From Nocardia nova NBRC 15556 (GTDB lineage: Bacteria; Actinomycetota; Actinomycetes; Mycobacteriales; Mycobacteriaceae), in NCBI RefSeq assembly GCF_001613005.1, contig NZ_BDBN01000040.1:44237-76236 (forward strand): a stretch of DNA of 32,000 nt. The letters run 5' to 3'. Shown here in pieces: positions 13,520 through 22,563 of the stretch (position 1 is the first letter of the stretch; every line of letters starts with the position of its first letter). Under the pieces are notes generated by a model that was not told the origin of the DNA, made no database searches, and was given only the letters and a program-made list of their open reading frames with translations. A program made the translations under genes and the position numbers.

Positions 13520-14737
13520 TCAACCAGCGCGTCCGTGCGGCTGATCCCAGACCAGCGCCAGATACATCCGGGCTCGCTCGCGCGGCGAATCCAGGCGCTC
13601 CCCGAGCAGGTCGTGCAGCCGGTCCATGCGGTAGCGCACGGTCTGCGGGTGAATGTGCAGATCGTCGGCGACCGCGTGCCGGTCGCCCATGTTCCAGAGC
13701 CAGCTGCGCAGCGTTTCGACCAGCCGGTCGCGCTTACCGTCGGGCAGTTCCCGAAGTGGTTGCAGCACTTGGGCACGCAGCGTTTCCAGCAGCCATTCGT
13801 CGCGATTGGCGATGATGGTGTCGAGTTCGTCGGCGACCACCACCGGCGAGCCGGACAGCACGCCGGCCTTGCGCAACCGCAGCGCGGTGCGGGCGATCCG
13901 CATACCGGTCGGCAGCAGGTCCAAGGTGAGCGGATGACCGATCACCGCGTCACAACCCCGCAGCGCGGCGATCAGCCGGGTGATCCGCCCGCCCAGCATC
14001 GGACTGGGCACGATCGCCCCGACCGCGTCGTCACGCCGGATCGGCAGGCAGTGACCGCCGAGATGTTCCACCACGCCGCAGGAGCGCGTATCGGCCGGAT
14101 CGGCGAGCACCACCGCGACCTCGGGGGGCAGCTGCCAGCCCGCGCGTTCGGCGGCCAACCGGATTCCGACGGTGTCGGAACGGCCGGAAAGCAACATTTC
14201 CGCCAATTCCTCGCGGTGCCGTTCCCGGGCCGCGCTGGAGGCGGACTGTTCGAGCACATAACCGTGCGCCGAGGCCGCGGAGAATTCGTCGACGAAGGCG
14301 AAAACGGCCTCCGCCAGCACCGCGAGCACCTCCGGACCGAGATCGAGTTTCAGCGCCGTTTCCGCGACGTGATGCCAGGCGGCGCGGGCGCCGACCTGGT
14401 AGGCGCCGAGCAGATCGGACAGGTCCGCGCCGTCGTGCAGTTGCTGGCGGCCCACCTGTTCGAAGACCAGCTGTGTCGGCGGCGGGACGCCCTCACCAGC
14501 GGAATCGCCTGTGCGGGGGCCGTGTTCGGCCAGGTCCAGGAGCCGATGGACGAACAACACCCCGACCTCGGCGACCTCCGGGCGATGGTCGTCGAGATAG
14601 CGCGCGTAGTCGGGCCACTCCGCGGCGAGCAGATCACGGACCTCGTCCAGGAGATCGGGCATCCTAGCGTCGAGTTCCTCCGAAAGCTGCTCCAATGCCT
14701 CCGGTGTTATCGGAATTTCATTATGGGAATCGCTCAT
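13520..14737 (-). CDS. PucR-family transcriptional regulator (C-terminal HTH)
   Basis: Start ATG at 14737 (MSDSHNEIPITPEALEQL...), trimmed from ORF 13520-15445, whose upstream part is antisense to hpnC. The C-terminal region MGDRHAVADDLHIHPQTVRYRMDRLHDLLG is the PucR-type HTH. GGAAAGGA SD lies upstream. Confidence 0.8.
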   Translation of the reverse strand: MSDSHNEIPITPEALEQLSEELDARMPDLLDEVRDLLAAEWPDYARYLDDHRPEVAEVGVLFVHRLLDLAEHGPRTGDSAGEGVPPPTQLVFEQVGRQQLHDGADLSDLLGAYQVGARAAWHHVAETALKLDLGPEVLAVLAEAVFAFVDEFSAASAHGYVLEQSASSAARERHREELAEMLLSGRSDTVGIRLAAERAGWQLPPEVAVVLADPADTRSCGVVEHLGGHCLPIRRDDAVGAIVPSPMLGGRITRLIAALRGCDAVIGHPLTLDLLPTGMRIARTALRLRKAGVLSGSPVVVADELDTIIANRDEWLLETLRAQVLQPLRELPDGKRDRLVETLRSWLWNMGDRHAVADDLHIHPQTVRYRMDRLHDLLGERLDSPRERARMYLALVWDQPHGRAG

Positions 14738-14841
14738 TCGAGTCCTTTCCGACTCGATTATCTTCCGGATACAAAAAACACCAACCGGAATCACCTCGAC
14801 GGTTGAAGATTTGAGCCCTGTGTTGCGTTCACCATCGAAAC
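14738..14841. promoter_or_regulatory. Divergent control region between the PucR-type regulator and the hopanoid operon, with two inverted repeats
   Basis: This 104-bp stretch is AT-richer than its surroundings. IR1 is TCGAGTC-N6-GACTCGA (14738-14757), directly abutting the regulator start. IR2 is TTCCGG-N16-CCGGAA (14763-14790) around an A-rich core. I could not assign promoter hexamers confidently. Confidence 0.5.
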
Positions 14842-15696
14842 ATGGACGCAGCGACAGCCCCGGCCCGCTGGCTGCGGGCCCGTGAAAAGGAAGAGAACTT
14901 TCCCGTCGCGCTGCGGTGGTTGCCGCGCGAACCACGCCGACACCTGCACGCGGTCTACGCAGCCACCAGGTTAATCGACCAGGTCGGCGACGAAGCCCCC
15001 GGCGATCGTGTGTCGCAACTGCTGACGCTGCGTGCCGACCTCGCCGGTCTCTACCAGGGTCGCACGCCCGACGATCCGGTGCTCCAGATGCTCGCCCCCA
15101 CCGTGGCGGCGTGCGATCTGCCGCAGGAGGCGTTCCAGGAGTTGATCGAGGCCAATCTGCTCGATCAACGCGTCGGCCGCTACGCCACCTTCGAGGATCT
15201 GCTGGGCTACTGCCGGCTGTCTGCGAATCCGGTGGGCCGCCTGGTCCTGGCGGTCTTCGACCAGTCCACACCGGACACGCTGGCACTGTCGGATCGGGTG
15301 TGTTCGGCACTGCAGGTGCTCGAGCACTGCCAGGACGTGGCCGAGGACCACGCGGCCGGACGCATCTACCTGCCGCAGGACGATCTGGCCGCGGCCGGGG
15401 TGCCGGAAGCGGCGCTGGCCACCGGCGGACCGGGTGATCCGGCATGCCGGGCGGTGGTCCTGACCCAGGTCGAACGCTGCGAAGCGATGCTCGGCGAAGG
15501 AGCTCCGCTGGTCGCCCGGCTCACCGGATGGGCCCGGCTCGCAGTCGCGGGATATCTCGCGGGCGGATGCGCAACCGCGAAGGCGCTGCGCGCGGCCGAG
15601 GGCGACGTGTGGACCCAGCCGGTGCGGCCCCGCCACGTCGACACCGTGGCCTCGATGGTCACGCTGCTCGGCAAGGCCACGGTGGTGCCGCAGTGA
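14842..15696 (+). CDS. hpnC: Hydroxysqualene synthase HpnC (squalene/phytoene synthase family)
   Basis: Contains the N-terminal ENFPVA signature ([15 protein letters not shown]) and Asp-rich DQVGD / [19 protein letters not shown] motifs. It is the first gene of the hpnCDE-shc block. Confidence 0.85.
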   Translation: MDAATAPARWLRAREKEENFPVALRWLPREPRRHLHAVYAATRLIDQVGDEAPGDRVSQLLTLRADLAGLYQGRTPDDPVLQMLAPTVAACDLPQEAFQELIEANLLDQRVGRYATFEDLLGYCRLSANPVGRLVLAVFDQSTPDTLALSDRVCSALQVLEHCQDVAEDHAAGRIYLPQDDLAAAGVPEAALATGGPGDPACRAVVLTQVERCEAMLGEGAPLVARLTGWARLAVAGYLAGGCATAKALRAAEGDVWTQPVRPRHVDTVASMVTLLGKATVVPQ

Positions 15697-16601
15697 GCAT
15701 CATCGCGACCGGCCCGACCACCGCGGCGGCCTACGAGACCTGTGAACGGATCACCCGCACCGAGGCCAAGAACTTCTACTACGGCATCCGGCTGCTGCCC
15801 CCGGAGAAGCGCACGGCACTGTGCGCGCTCTACGCGCTGGCCCGCCGCATCGACGATATCGGCGACGAGCAGGGCGAACCGGCCGTCAAAACCGAGGCGC
15901 TGACCCTGTTGCGCAAGGAATTGGACAAGGTCACCGGCGGCGCCGGCACCGACGATCCGGTGTTGTTCGCCGTCGCCGACACCGCGCGGCGCTATCCGGT
16001 GCCGCTGGGCGCGTTCGGCGAACTGATCGACGGTGTGCAGGCCGATGTCGACGGCGTCACCTACACCGACTTCGACGAGTTGACCCACTACTGCCGGTGC
16101 GTGGCCGGGGCGGTGGGCCGCCTGTGCCTGTCGATCTTCGGCTCCGGCGGTGATCCGTGCGCGCCGCTGTATGCCGATCAGCTGGGAATAGCGTTGCAGC
16201 AGACCAACATTCTGCGCGATATCCGCGAGGACCTCGGCAACGGCCGGGTCTATCTGCCCCGGGACGAGTTGCTGCGCTTCGGCGTCCGGCTCGAACTCGA
16301 CGCCGGTGGGGCGCTCGACGATCACAACGGCGGACTGGCCGCGCTGATCCGCGCCGGCGCCGAACGCGCCGAGAACTGGTATTGCCTGGGACTGCGGCTG
16401 ATTCCGCATCTGGACGGCCGCAGTGCCGCCTGCTGCGCGGCGATGGCGGGCATCTACCGGCGGCTCAACGAGCGCATCCGCGCCAATCCGGTGGCCGTCT
16501 ACGACCGGCGGCTGTCGTTGAGCGCACGGGAGAAGACCCGCGTCGCCTCCGGCGCCCTGCTGCAGTACTCGATGACGGCATTCGGGTGGGGCCCGCGATG
16601 A
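15693..16601 (+). CDS. hpnD: Presqualene diphosphate synthase HpnD (squalene/phytoene synthase family)
   Basis: GTG 15693 overlaps the hpnC stop (GTGA). Reads [28 protein letters not shown]...[10 protein letters not shown]...[22 protein letters not shown]. Trimmed from ORF 15444-16601. Confidence 0.85.
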   Translation: MSIIATGPTTAAAYETCERITRTEAKNFYYGIRLLPPEKRTALCALYALARRIDDIGDEQGEPAVKTEALTLLRKELDKVTGGAGTDDPVLFAVADTARRYPVPLGAFGELIDGVQADVDGVTYTDFDELTHYCRCVAGAVGRLCLSIFGSGGDPCAPLYADQLGIALQQTNILRDIREDLGNGRVYLPRDELLRFGVRLELDAGGALDDHNGGLAALIRAGAERAENWYCLGLRLIPHLDGRSAACCAAMAGIYRRLNERIRANPVAVYDRRLSLSAREKTRVASGALLQYSMTAFGWGPR

Positions 16602-18100
16602 CGGCGCGGGTGGCCGTGGTGGGCGGCGGGCTCGCGGGGATCACCGCGGCTCTGCGCTGCGCGGACGCCGGATATGCGGTGCGGCTGTATGAATCCCGGC
16701 CCTGGCTGGGCGGGCTGACGCATTCGTTTCCCCGTGGCGATCTGTGGATCGACAACGGACAACACGTCTTCCTGCGGTGCTGCGACCGCTATCTCGCACT
16801 GCTGGATCGGCTCGGCATGCGGGATGCGGTGCACCTGCAGCCGCGCTTGGACATCCCCGTCTCCGGCGGTGGCCGCGCGGGCAGGTTGCGGCGGCTGCCG
16901 TTGCCGGCACCGTTGCATCTGAGCTGGGCGCTGCTGCGCTATCCGTGGTTGTCGCAGGGCGCGCGGGTGCGGTTCGTCCGGGCCGCACTTGCTCTGCGGG
17001 CGGTCGATCCCGCCGATCCACGGACGGACACCACCAGTTTCGGGGACTGGTTGCGTGCGCACGGCCAGGATCGCGACGCCGTGGACAGTCTGTGGGATCT
17101 GGTCGGCATCGCCACCCTCAACGCGCGCGCCGACGACGTATCGCTGGCGCTGGCCGCGACCGTCTTCCGGATCGGCCTGCTCACCGATGCCGATGCCGCC
17201 GATATCGGGTGGTCGCGGATCCCGTTGCGGCAGTTGCACGGTGAGGCCGCGCTGACCGCCCTCACCGCGGCCGGGGTTACGGTCGTCCACGAGCGAGTCA
17301 CGGCCGTCCGGCGAGTAGCGAACGGGTGGGCGGTGTGCACCCGGTCCGGCGACTGCGCCGCCGACGCCGTCGTCTCGGCCGTGCCCCCTGCCGCGGCTCA
17401 GGCGCTGTTGCCCGCCGACGCGGTGGATCTGCCCGCGAATTGGGCTGCGAGCCTGGGCAGTTCGCCGATCGTCAACATCCACGTGGTCTACGACCGGCCG
17501 GTGATGAACGAATCCCTGCGAGCGGGGGTCGGCTCGGTCGTGCAGTGGGTTTTCGACCGCACCGACGCCTCGGGATTGCGCGCGGCGGGTCGCCGGAGCG
17601 CGGACGTCACCGACGGGCCACAAGACAGTTCGGCGCCGGTCGCGGCAGCCGCACCGAGCCCGTCGGTGGCACCTGCCCGGTTTCCCGCCGGCGCGCAATA
17701 TCTGGCCGTCTCCGTCTCCGCCGCCGACGCCTTCGTCGATCGCCCCGCCGCCGAGCTGCGCCGGGAATTCCTGCCCGCCCTCGAACAGTTGCTGCCCGCC
17801 GCCCGCACGGCGCAGGTGGTCGACTTCTTCGTCACTCGCGAACGCCATGCGACGTTCCGGCCCGCACCGGGCAGTGCGCGGCTGCGGCCGCCCGCGGCCA
17901 CCGCGTTGCCCGGCCTGGCGCTGGCCGGAGCGTGGACCGACACCGGCTGGCCCGCGACCATGGAGGGCGCCGTGCGCAGCGGGGAATCCGCTGCGGCCGA
18001 GATCATTTCGCATCCGTCGGGGCGTCGGCCCCGCGCCGGTGCCGCCGAGCGCACCGGTATGCCCGAACCCCGCACGCGGATATCGGAGGTGATCAGATGA
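16598..18100 (+). CDS. hpnE: Hydroxysqualene dehydroxylase HpnE (FAD-dependent amine-oxidase / phytoene-desaturase family)
   Basis: ATG 16598 overlaps the hpnD stop (ATGA). The FAD dinucleotide-binding motif [15 protein letters not shown] is at the N-terminus and ...[23 protein letters not shown] at the C-terminus. Trimmed from ORF 16157-18100. Confidence 0.8.
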   Translation: MTARVAVVGGGLAGITAALRCADAGYAVRLYESRPWLGGLTHSFPRGDLWIDNGQHVFLRCCDRYLALLDRLGMRDAVHLQPRLDIPVSGGGRAGRLRRLPLPAPLHLSWALLRYPWLSQGARVRFVRAALALRAVDPADPRTDTTSFGDWLRAHGQDRDAVDSLWDLVGIATLNARADDVSLALAATVFRIGLLTDADAADIGWSRIPLRQLHGEAALTALTAAGVTVVHERVTAVRRVANGWAVCTRSGDCAADAVVSAVPPAAAQALLPADAVDLPANWAASLGSSPIVNIHVVYDRPVMNESLRAGVGSVVQWVFDRTDASGLRAAGRRSADVTDGPQDSSAPVAAAAPSPSVAPARFPAGAQYLAVSVSAADAFVDRPAAELRREFLPALEQLLPAARTAQVVDFFVTRERHATFRPAPGSARLRPPAATALPGLALAGAWTDTGWPATMEGAVRSGESAAAEIISHPSGRRPRAGAAERTGMPEPRTRISEVIR

Positions 18101-19113
18101 CGGTAACCATCCTGTCCACGGTCGACGCCGACGGCCAGGCCGTCCGGTCGGCGCTGTCCGACGCCGTCGGGCGGCTCGACGACGCGATCCGGCCGGTGGT
18201 CGCCTATCACCTCGGTTTCTGCGACGAACGCGGCCGTCCGGCCGTCGCCGACAGCGGCAAATCGGTGCGGTCGCGGCTGACCATGCTCGCCGCCCACGCC
18301 GCCGGCGGCGACGAGCTCTGTGGGATTCCGGGCGCGGTGGCGGTCGAACTCGTGCACAACTTCTCGCTCGTGCACGACGACTTGATGGATCGCGACGCCA
18401 CCCGCCGGCATCGGCCCACGGTCTGGGCGGTGTGGGGCGATCCGGTCGCCGTGCTGGCCGGCGACGCGATGCTCTCGCTGTCGCACGAGGTGCTGCTCGA
18501 TTCCGGGTCACCGCACGCGGTGGCGGCGGCCCGGCTGGTCGGGAAGGCGACCCAGGATCTGATCATCGGCCAGGCCGCCGACGTCGACTTCGAACACCGC
18601 AACGACGTGACCCTCGCCGAATGTATCCGCATGGCCATGGGCAAGACCGCGGCGCTGCTCTCGGCGAGTGCCGCGGTCGGCGGTGTGCTGGCCGGGGCGC
18701 CGCCGGCGACGGTCGGGGCGCTGCGCACCTACGGCGACAACATCGGTCTGGCCTTCCAGCTCGTCGACGATCTGCTCGGCATCTGGGGCGATCCGGCGGT
18801 GACCGGCAAACCGGTGTTCTCGGATCTGCGTTCGCGCAAGAAGTCGCTCCCGGTCACCTGGAGCGTGGAATCCGGCCGCGCGGCCGGTCAGGCGCTGGCA
18901 CAGTGGCTCGCCCAATCGGGCGAACCGAGCGAGAACGATCTGCGGGCCGCCGCCGACATGGTCGAGACCGCCGGTGGCCGGCGCTGGGCCCGCGCCGAGG
19001 CCCGGCGGCGGGTGCGCACCGCCCAGCAGGCTCTCGCCGCGGTCACCATCACCCCCGAATACCGCCGGGAGCTTTGTGACCTGGCCGATTTCATCGTGGA
19101 ACGGAGTGCATAG
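18097..19113 (+). CDS. Polyprenyl diphosphate synthase (short-chain trans-prenyltransferase, probable FPP synthase)
   Basis: ATG 18097 overlaps the hpnE stop (ATGA). First Asp-rich motif is HNFSLVHDDLMDRD, with an aromatic Phe five residues before it. Second motif is FQLVDDLLGIWGD. Trimmed from ORF 17326-19113. Confidence 0.85.
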   Translation: MTVTILSTVDADGQAVRSALSDAVGRLDDAIRPVVAYHLGFCDERGRPAVADSGKSVRSRLTMLAAHAAGGDELCGIPGAVAVELVHNFSLVHDDLMDRDATRRHRPTVWAVWGDPVAVLAGDAMLSLSHEVLLDSGSPHAVAAARLVGKATQDLIIGQAADVDFEHRNDVTLAECIRMAMGKTAALLSASAAVGGVLAGAPPATVGALRTYGDNIGLAFQLVDDLLGIWGDPAVTGKPVFSDLRSRKKSLPVTWSVESGRAAGQALAQWLAQSGEPSENDLRAAADMVETAGGRRWARAEARRRVRTAQQALAAVTITPEYRRELCDLADFIVERSA

Positions 19114-19115
19114 GA

Positions 19116-21083
19116 ATGACAGTCACCCAAACCGGCAATGCGGCAGCGAACCGGCGGGCAGCGGTCGATCCGGCGCACGGCGCCGACGAACTGAGCGCGG
19201 TCCGCTCGGCCACCGACGCGGCGGTGCGGCTGCTGCGCTCGTCCCAGCACGAACAGGGCTGGTGGAAGGGCGAATTGGCGACCAACGTGACGATGGACGC
19301 CGAAGATCTCCTGCTGCGGGAGTTCCTCGGCATCTCCACCCCGGACGTGACCGAGCCGGCGGCACGCTGGATCCGATCACAGCAGCGCGCCGACGGAACC
19401 TGGGCGACCTTCCACGGCGGCCCCGGCGATCTGTCGACCACCGCCGAGGCGTGGGTGGCGTTGCGACTCGCCGGTGACGACCCAGCCGCGCCGCATATGC
19501 GCGCCGCGGCCGCATTCGTGCGCGCCGAAGGCGGGATCGAGGCGTCGCGGGTCTTCACCCGAATCTGGTTGGCGCTGTTCGGCTTGTGGTCCTGGGACGA
19601 TCTGCCGAATCTGCCACCCGAACTCGTGCTGTTCCCGTCCTGGTTCCCGCTCAACATCTACGACTGGGGATGCTGGGCCCGCCAGACCGTGGTGCCGTTG
19701 ACCGTGGTCGCCACGCTGCGGCCGTGCCGCCCGCTGCCGTTCGGCATCGACGAATTGCGTACCGGCGCGCCCCCGGCCCGCCGCGCGCCGATCACCTCCC
19801 TCGCCGGAGTGTTCCAGCGCGTGGACACGGTGCTGCACACCTACGCGCGGCTGCCGTTGAATCCGCTGCGCGATGTGGCGATGCGGCACGCCGCGGAGTG
19901 GATTCTGGCCCGCCAGGAGGCCGACGGCGGCTGGGGCGGAATTCAGCCGCCGTGGGTGTATTCGCTGCTGGCACTGCACCTGCTGGGCTATCCGCTCGAT
20001 CATCCGGCGATGCGGGCTGGCATCGCGGGCCTGGACGGATTCGTCGTCCGCGAACAAACCCCGGACGGTGAGGTACGGCGGCTCGAGGCCTGCCAGTCAC
20101 CGGTGTGGGATACCGCGCTGGCGACGGCCGCGCTGCTGGACGGCGGGGTGGCGCCCGACGACCCAGCGGTGCTGCGGGCCACCGACTGGCTGCTGGGTGA
20201 GCAGATCACCGCCGGCGGCGACTGGCAGGTGCGCCGGCCACATCTGGAACCCGGGGGCTGGGCCTTCGAATTCGCCAACGACGTCTACCCCGACACCGAC
20301 GACACTGCCGAGATCGTCATTGCGCTGCACCAGGTTTCGCATCCGGATCGCCCGCGGCTGGATGCGGCGATCGAGCGCGCGGTGCGCTGGACGGTCGGCA
20401 TGCAGTCCGCCGACGGCGGGTGGGGCGCCTTCGACGCCGACAACACCTCGATCCTGCCGACGAAACTGCCGTTCTGCGATTTCGGCGCCGTCACCGATCC
20501 GCCTTCGGCCGATGTGACCGCGCACGTGGTGGAGATGCTGGCCGTCCTCGGCCGCGGCGGTGATCGCGCATGCCGCCGCGGTGTGCGCTGGCTGCTCGAC
20601 CATCAGGAGTCCGACGGTTCCTGGTTCGGACGCTGGGGCGCCAACCACGTCTACGGCACGGGCGCGGCGGTTCCGGCGCTGGTCGCGGCCGGTACGAGTC
20701 CGCGGTCGACGGCGATCCGCGCGGCGGTGCGCTGGCTGGAGGCCCATCAGAACGCCGACGGCGGATGGGGTGAGGATCTGCGCTCCTATCGGGACCCGGA
20801 ATGGGTCGGCCGCGGCGACTCCACCGCCTCGCAGACCGCGTGGGCCCTGCTGGCCCTGCTGGCCGCCGAGGAACACGACTCCCCCGCCGTGCGCCGCGGC
20901 ATCGACTGGCTGGTGCGCACGCAGCGACCCGACGGCGGCTGGGACGAGGACCTGTTCACCGGCACCGGCTTCCCCGGCGATTTCTACATCAACTACCACC
21001 TGTACCGCTTGGTGTTCCCGGTCTGGGCGTTGGGGCGGTACCTGCGGCGGCGAACGGCCACCGCCGAGCGAGACGGGAGCTGA
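19116..21083 (+). CDS. shc: Squalene-hopene cyclase
   Basis: Contains the DxDD catalytic motif (YPDTDDTAEIV) and multiple QW repeats (e.g. RSQQRADGTW, ARQEADGGWG, MQSADGGWG, HQESDGSWFGRWG, HQNADGGWGE, TQRPDGGW). ATG lies 2 nt after the upstream stop. Confidence 0.95.
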   Translation: MTVTQTGNAAANRRAAVDPAHGADELSAVRSATDAAVRLLRSSQHEQGWWKGELATNVTMDAEDLLLREFLGISTPDVTEPAARWIRSQQRADGTWATFHGGPGDLSTTAEAWVALRLAGDDPAAPHMRAAAAFVRAEGGIEASRVFTRIWLALFGLWSWDDLPNLPPELVLFPSWFPLNIYDWGCWARQTVVPLTVVATLRPCRPLPFGIDELRTGAPPARRAPITSLAGVFQRVDTVLHTYARLPLNPLRDVAMRHAAEWILARQEADGGWGGIQPPWVYSLLALHLLGYPLDHPAMRAGIAGLDGFVVREQTPDGEVRRLEACQSPVWDTALATAALLDGGVAPDDPAVLRATDWLLGEQITAGGDWQVRRPHLEPGGWAFEFANDVYPDTDDTAEIVIALHQVSHPDRPRLDAAIERAVRWTVGMQSADGGWGAFDADNTSILPTKLPFCDFGAVTDPPSADVTAHVVEMLAVLGRGGDRACRRGVRWLLDHQESDGSWFGRWGANHVYGTGAAVPALVAAGTSPRSTAIRAAVRWLEAHQNADGGWGEDLRSYRDPEWVGRGDSTASQTAWALLALLAAEEHDSPAVRRGIDWLVRTQRPDGGWDEDLFTGTGFPGDFYINYHLYRLVFPVWALGRYLRRRTATAERDGS

Positions 21084-21087
21084 CGAC

Positions 21088-22563
21088 ATGCCCCGCCCCG
21101 GAACCGTCTGTGCCCCGTTGCGTTCGGAGTGGGCGGCACTGCGCGGTGCCGCCACGGCGCCCGTGGTGCACACCGGGCGCGGTCCGCGGCGGCGCTACGA
21201 CGCCGCGGCGGCGGGACCGGTCGCGGTGGCGGGAGTCGCGGGTGCGCTGACCACGGAGCTGCGCCCCGGTGATCTCGTGGTGGCCAGCGAGATCCGGCGC
21301 AACGGCACCGAATTGCCCAGTCCCGCAGCGGTATTGCTGCACGGCGAACTGCTGCGGCTGGGGCTGCCCGCACGGCTCGGACCGGTGTATTCCGCCGAGC
21401 ACGTGGTCACCGGCCGGGCGCGCGCCGAACTGGCGGAGACCGGTGCGCTCGCGGTCGACACCGAAACCGCGTTCCTCGCCGCCGATGCCCCCGACGGGCA
21501 GGCCGTCGCGCTCCGGGCGATCGTCGACACCCCCGACGCGCCGCTGCTGCGCCCCGGCACGATGTGGCGCGGAATACGGGCACTGCGTTCGCTGCGGGCG
21601 GCCGCGCCGGCGCTGGACCGATGGTCGTCGGCAACCGGCGAGCGCGAGATCCTGCTCGCCGGGCCGCGCTCGTTCTGCGCCGGGGTCGAGCGGGCGATCG
21701 AGATCGTCGAGCAGGCGTTGCTCCGCTTCGGCGCCCCGGTATACGTGCGGCGTCAGATCGTGCACAACAGCCATGTGGTGCGCGAATTGGCCGGGCACGG
21801 AGCGGTTTTCGTCGAGGAGCTCGATCATGTGCCCGAAGGCGCGGTGGTCGTGCTCGCCGCGCACGGCGTGACCCCGGACGTCCGCCGCCAGGCCGAACGC
21901 CGCCGCCTGCGCGTGGTCGACGGCACCTGTCCCCTGGTGTCGAAGGTGCACGCGGAGGTACGCACCTTCGCCGCCGCCGACAAGACCGTCTTCCTGATCG
22001 GTCACGCCGACCACGAGGAGGTGGTGGGCACCCGCGGCGAGGCGCCCGGCAATGTGATCGTGGTCGCCGATCCGGAAGCGGCCGCCCGGGTGTCGCCACC
22101 GGATCCCGATCGGGTCGCCTACGTCACGCAGACCACCCTGGCCGTCGCGGAGGCCGAGGCCACGGCCGATGTTCTGCGGCAACGGTTTCCGGCCTTGAAC
22201 GGGCCGCGCAAGGACGACATCTGTTATGCCACCACCAACCGCCAGGAGGCGGTGCGGGCGGTGGCCCGGGAATCGGACCTGGTGCTCGTGCTGGGTTCGC
22301 GTAACTCCTCCAATTCGCTGCGGCTGGCCGAGGTCGCCGCGGCCGAGGGTGTGGCGGCACATCTGGTGGAGGACGCCGGCGAGGTCGAATTGGACTGGCT
22401 GGCCGGCACCCGCCGCATCGGCGTCACCGCCGGTGCGTCGGCACCGCCGCATCTGGTGGACGACCTGGTCGAGGCCCTGTCCGGGCTCGGCGCCCTCCGG
22501 GTCCGCCACACCACCGTGACCGAAGAGAGTGTTCGATTCAACCTGCCTCGGGAGGTGAGCTGA
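21088..22563 (+). CDS. ispH: Fusion protein: N-terminal HpnG-like hopanoid-associated nucleosidase/phosphorylase domain (about 165 aa) plus C-terminal IspH (HMBPP reductase)
   Basis: This is a single uninterrupted frame from ATG 21088, trimmed from ORF 20560-22563. The N-terminal part has the PNP/MTAN-fold-like motifs VCAPLRSEWAAL, GVAGAL...LRPGDLVVASE, GALAVDTETA, LRAIVDTPD. The C-terminal part has IspH motifs with the three cluster cysteines: LAGPRSFCAGVERAI, DGTCPLVSKVH, DDICYATTNRQ. Confidence 0.8.
   Translation: MPRPGTVCAPLRSEWAALRGAATAPVVHTGRGPRRRYDAAAAGPVAVAGVAGALTTELRPGDLVVASEIRRNGTELPSPAAVLLHGELLRLGLPARLGPVYSAEHVVTGRARAELAETGALAVDTETAFLAADAPDGQAVALRAIVDTPDAPLLRPGTMWRGIRALRSLRAAAPALDRWSSATGEREILLAGPRSFCAGVERAIEIVEQALLRFGAPVYVRRQIVHNSHVVRELAGHGAVFVEELDHVPEGAVVVLAAHGVTPDVRRQAERRRLRVVDGTCPLVSKVHAEVRTFAAADKTVFLIGHADHEEVVGTRGEAPGNVIVVADPEAAARVSPPDPDRVAYVTQTTLAVAEAEATADVLRQRFPALNGPRKDDICYATTNRQEAVRAVARESDLVLVLGSRNSSNSLRLAEVAAAEGVAAHLVEDAGEVELDWLAGTRRIGVTAGASAPPHLVDDLVEALSGLGALRVRHTTVTEESVRFNLPREVS

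Noticed and set aside
13520-15445. N-terminally extended versions of real genes in the ORF track: 13520-15445, 15444-16601, 16157-18100, 17326-19113, 20560-22563, 23997-26522, 10908-11867, 664-1155.
   Set aside because: The extensions are open reading-through into the neighbouring gene or spacer and encode Arg/Pro-rich low-complexity sequence. Family-typical N-termini begin at internal ATG/GTG codons that form ATGA/GTGA overlaps with the preceding stop, so I trimmed the genes to those starts.
21562-22563. Treating ispH as a separate gene starting at the in-frame ATG 21562.
   Set aside because: There is no stop codon between the HpnG-like part and IspH, and no SD precedes 21562. The single fused ORF is the parsimonious reading. 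Internal initiation remains possible and is noted in the fusion finding.
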